Of a stretch of 64,000 nucleotides of DNA, positions 61,095-64,000 are shown in pieces. How positions within the stretch are numbered: the first letter of the stretch is position 1; the number at the start of each line of letters is the position of its first letter. Below the pieces are notes generated by a model. It did not search any database, had not been told where the DNA came from, and saw only the letters and a program-made list of their open reading frames with translations. This DNA comes from Lama guanicoe (lineage: Eukaryota): positions 1 to 64,000 of the forward strand of contig MU053559.1 of NCBI GenBank assembly GCA_013239625.1, given 5' to 3'. The translations under genes and the position numbers were made by a program.

Positions 61095-61490
61095 ACTATG
61101 TGCTTTGGAGTCCAAAAGATCGGGGTTGAAATCCAGCCTGTGCTACTTACTGACTATAAGGCCTTGGACTGGTTACTGAACCACCCAGAAGCTCAGTTTC
61201 CTAGCTATAAAATGGGGCTGACAATCCTTTCCCTATGTGGCTGCTTTAAGGGATAAAAGGGTCCATCAGGGTTCTGGTCTGGCACTGCATGGACTCAGAA
61301 AGCAGACTTCCTGGATTCAAATCCAAACTTTGCTTCTTACCAACTGTGTGACTTCAGGCAAATCACTTAACCTCTCTGTGCTTCACCTTCCTCAACTGAA
61401 AAAAGGGATACCAACTATGCCTACCTCAGAAAGTTGTCATGAGAATTCACTGAGTTCACACCATGTTACCACAATGCCCAGCATACAGTA
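61095..61490 (+). mobile_element. MIR SINE fragments (two)
   Basis: CTTTGGAGTCCAAA..CTCAGTTTCCTAGCTATAAAATGGGG; CTGGATTCAAATCC..CTGTGTGACTTCAGGCAAATCACTTAACCTCTCTGTGC. Confidence 0.8.
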
Positions 61491-63319
61491 CACTCAGAAA
61501 ACATCTCTATTATACGCACATATGTGTATTTACTTGGTGACAATGTAATATATATTTATCAGAAGGTCACAGTCAAAAAAGTGTGAAAACCACTGGCTTT
61601 TAAGCTATTTTACTTTGGCTTTTTTTTTCCGATGCCTGCAATCAAAGAGTTATGACTGATACAGAAATTCATTCCAGGAGTGGGGTGTGTGAAATGACAG
61701 ACACCAAAATACGGAGGTGGCTGAGTCGCAGAAAGCAGTGTCAGGAGTAGGGCACATGGAGAGGCAGACACCAGAAGGCGGCAGTGCTGAGCTGAGGTGG
61801 GCCGCAAGGGCAGCACCCAACTGGATTAAGAGAGACCTCTTCTACTTGCTCAGGGCAAACCGAGGCTCTGGGGCCAGACAGTCAAATGAACCTCTTGATC
61901 ACTGAAAAAGCCATCACACTAAAGTCAGTGTGAGCAATAGTGGGTCAACACCAAATCCAGCAGGAAACGGCACTGAGAGAAGGGAGGAACAGAGAACTGG
62001 GGGAAGCCAAGCCCTTCCTCAACACCTCCCACTGGGCACCATCCTTGCCAAACCGAGGACTTAAGTTCCCCTCTATAAAGTGCCATCCTCGAGAAAATAG
62101 CCCTGGGCCAGGGGACAGACTGCCTGCCTTGAAGGCCACCAAGAGCCTCCAACAGAATCTGAGAACTCCTGAGAGCTAGGTCAACCTGAGAGCCAAGAGA
62201 TGGGCAGAGCTCTGAGGTCTATTTCTAAGAGACAGAAACCGCACAAGCAAGGTACAAATTCAAAGAACCTGACCTTTTTAGTCCCCTAGGGCTAAATGGA
62301 AGTTTTCACTGTGGTTACTCTATTGTCCCCCTACCACCACATACTGGGTACCCTGGGTGTGCCGACAGTCATTACATAGCCACAGGTTGCTGGAATGCAA
62401 GTAGGCAGATCAGGGCTACCAATAATAGTAATACCACTTACACAAAGCTTATTATATCCAGCTTCTCATGCATGAACTCATTTTTAATCCTCATAGCAAC
62501 CATATGTGGTAGGTACAAGTCTTACGTGGGAGGAAACTTGGGCCCAAAGAGGTTACGAGACGAGACCAAAATCGGAGAGCTAGTGAGCCAGGAGAAATGA
62601 CACTTACCCGTAGCCCTTGGATATACTAACTGGACACAAGTCTGTACTAGGGAGGCATGAGTGTTTCACCAGAAGGCACTTTATTTACGACAGAGACAGT
62701 ACAGGAATTATTCTCAGGAGGGGCAGGCTGTGTGTGGCTGCTGCAGGGCAGAGTGAAGGGCAGAGACACTCCTTTAGTTCACCAGCATATCTTCCTTTGG
62801 GTAACCCTCCCTCCCCCAACTCTCACCTGATCCTGAAGGAACAGCCAATCACAGTGCCCTATAGAGATGACCATGTGATCCAGGCTGAGCCAATCAGAGC
62901 ACATGGTGGTTAATTTCAGCATGAACAAGTTAACTAAGCAGGGCCTTTTCAGGAACTAGTAAATGGATACTATCAGGAGGAAAAGTTCTTGGTGCTAAGC
63001 TTAAAATATGGGAGTCAGAGGCAGCCCAGGTGCAAACTGGAGCAACTCATTTAATGCTCATAACAACCCTACTTTTATCATCTCAATTTCACAGACAAGG
63101 AAACTGAGGTCCCACAAGGGTTAGGGTCACAAAGTTAGCAACTGCTGTAGCCAGGATCTGAACTACTCAGGCAATCTGACCACAGACCTTAACTACTAAT
63201 GAACGCTAAGCCACAAGGGGGGGTGGTGGCAGAGAGGAAAGGCCAGAGTTTCAAAGGAGCTTGGTGACTTTGTGAAGGAGGAAGGAAGAGGCTGTGTGTA
63301 TTGGGAGGAAAGCACTCAC

Positions 63320-63497
63320 CATGCAGGCCTGAGCCAGGCTCATGGCCAGACGGAACCGGGCAGACATGGCCAGAGGCAGCAGAGGGCTGAGGCCCGAGCC
63401 CACAGCAGGGTTGATCACACGCAGGCAGCGGACCACAGCTTCTACAACCAGCTCAGTGGTGAAGGCTCGCAGGGTCTGCACATCTGGAGGAACTGCC
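63320..63497 (-). CDS. CCDC22: CCDC22 exon 2 (exon 1 lies beyond the window end); coiled-coil domain-containing 22, CCC/Commander complex subunit
   Basis: 178 nt AVPPDVQTLRAFTTELVVEAVVRCLRVINPAVGSGLSPLLPLAMSARFRLAMSLAQACM; exons 2-17 total 1834 nt, consistent with a 627-aa protein if exon 1 supplies 50 nt. Confidence 0.97.
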
Positions 63498-64000
63498 CTG
63501 AAGAAGAAGGGAGAAGGCTCAATGAGGTGGGGAGGGGAGCAGTCAGGAAACAGGCATGAGGCTGGACTGTGCTGCCTTCTGGAGGCCCTAGTACTGGGAT
63601 GGGGTGGAGGAGAATGGCCACAGTTCTGACAGATCCTGGGTGTTGCTGACTGACTTCCATTTGGAAAACTAAGAACTGGGAGAGTCCTCAGGTCCTAAGA
63701 CCTTGGAGTAGAATGGTGGATGGAAGGAATCTGAGTTCAAAAAAAATCTCAAATTTCCCTATGCCTAAAAGCCCCAAATTTCTGGGGTCTGGGAAGGGCA
63801 AGGGGCCTACATAGAATAGTCTCTGGGTCCCCAGATATCATGTTCCCTGCGTGTCAGGGGCCCCTAGATATTAAGCTGCTAGGGTTTTGAGGCTAGATGT
63901 TGGGAAGCTGAGGTTTTCAGGAGTTCCAAGTGTCAGAGTCCCTGGATATCAAGACCACCCAGGCTCAAGCAATCCAGAAATCAAGCTCCCTTGATGGGTT

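Overview
Mammalian genomic DNA from the X-linked PPP1R3F-FOXP3-CCDC22 locus. It is most likely a camelid, judged from the tRNA-derived SINE family and the L1 subfamilies; the species call is inference. The window holds PPP1R3F on the - strand (4 coding exons, CpG-island promoter). It holds a complete FOXP3 on the + strand: one non-coding first exon and 11 coding exons summing to 1296 nt (431 aa + stop), plus the promoter, CNS1, CNS2/TSDR, CNS3 and a spliced FLICR-like lncRNA upstream. CCDC22 exons 2-17 lie on the - strand and converge on and overlap the FOXP3 3' end. The first ~12 kb is a graveyard of nested L1s, SINEs and retrocopies, including a BRK1 processed pseudogene. The most notable anomaly is an apparent frameshift in PPP1R3F exon 1, where a direct repeat present twice in human/mouse appears only once; it is either a real loss-of-function allele or an assembly error. 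Other leads: a nine-copy same-strand CCAAT array in the PPP1R3F promoter, a tandemly duplicated CCDC22 poly(A) signal in the FOXP3/CCDC22 overlap, two ORF2-deleted L1s, and unidentified TSD-flanked retrocopy-like inserts. I see no evidence for a wholly new multi-gene system. Comparisons with human/mouse come from recalled sequence, not from database searches, and repeat boundaries are approximate.
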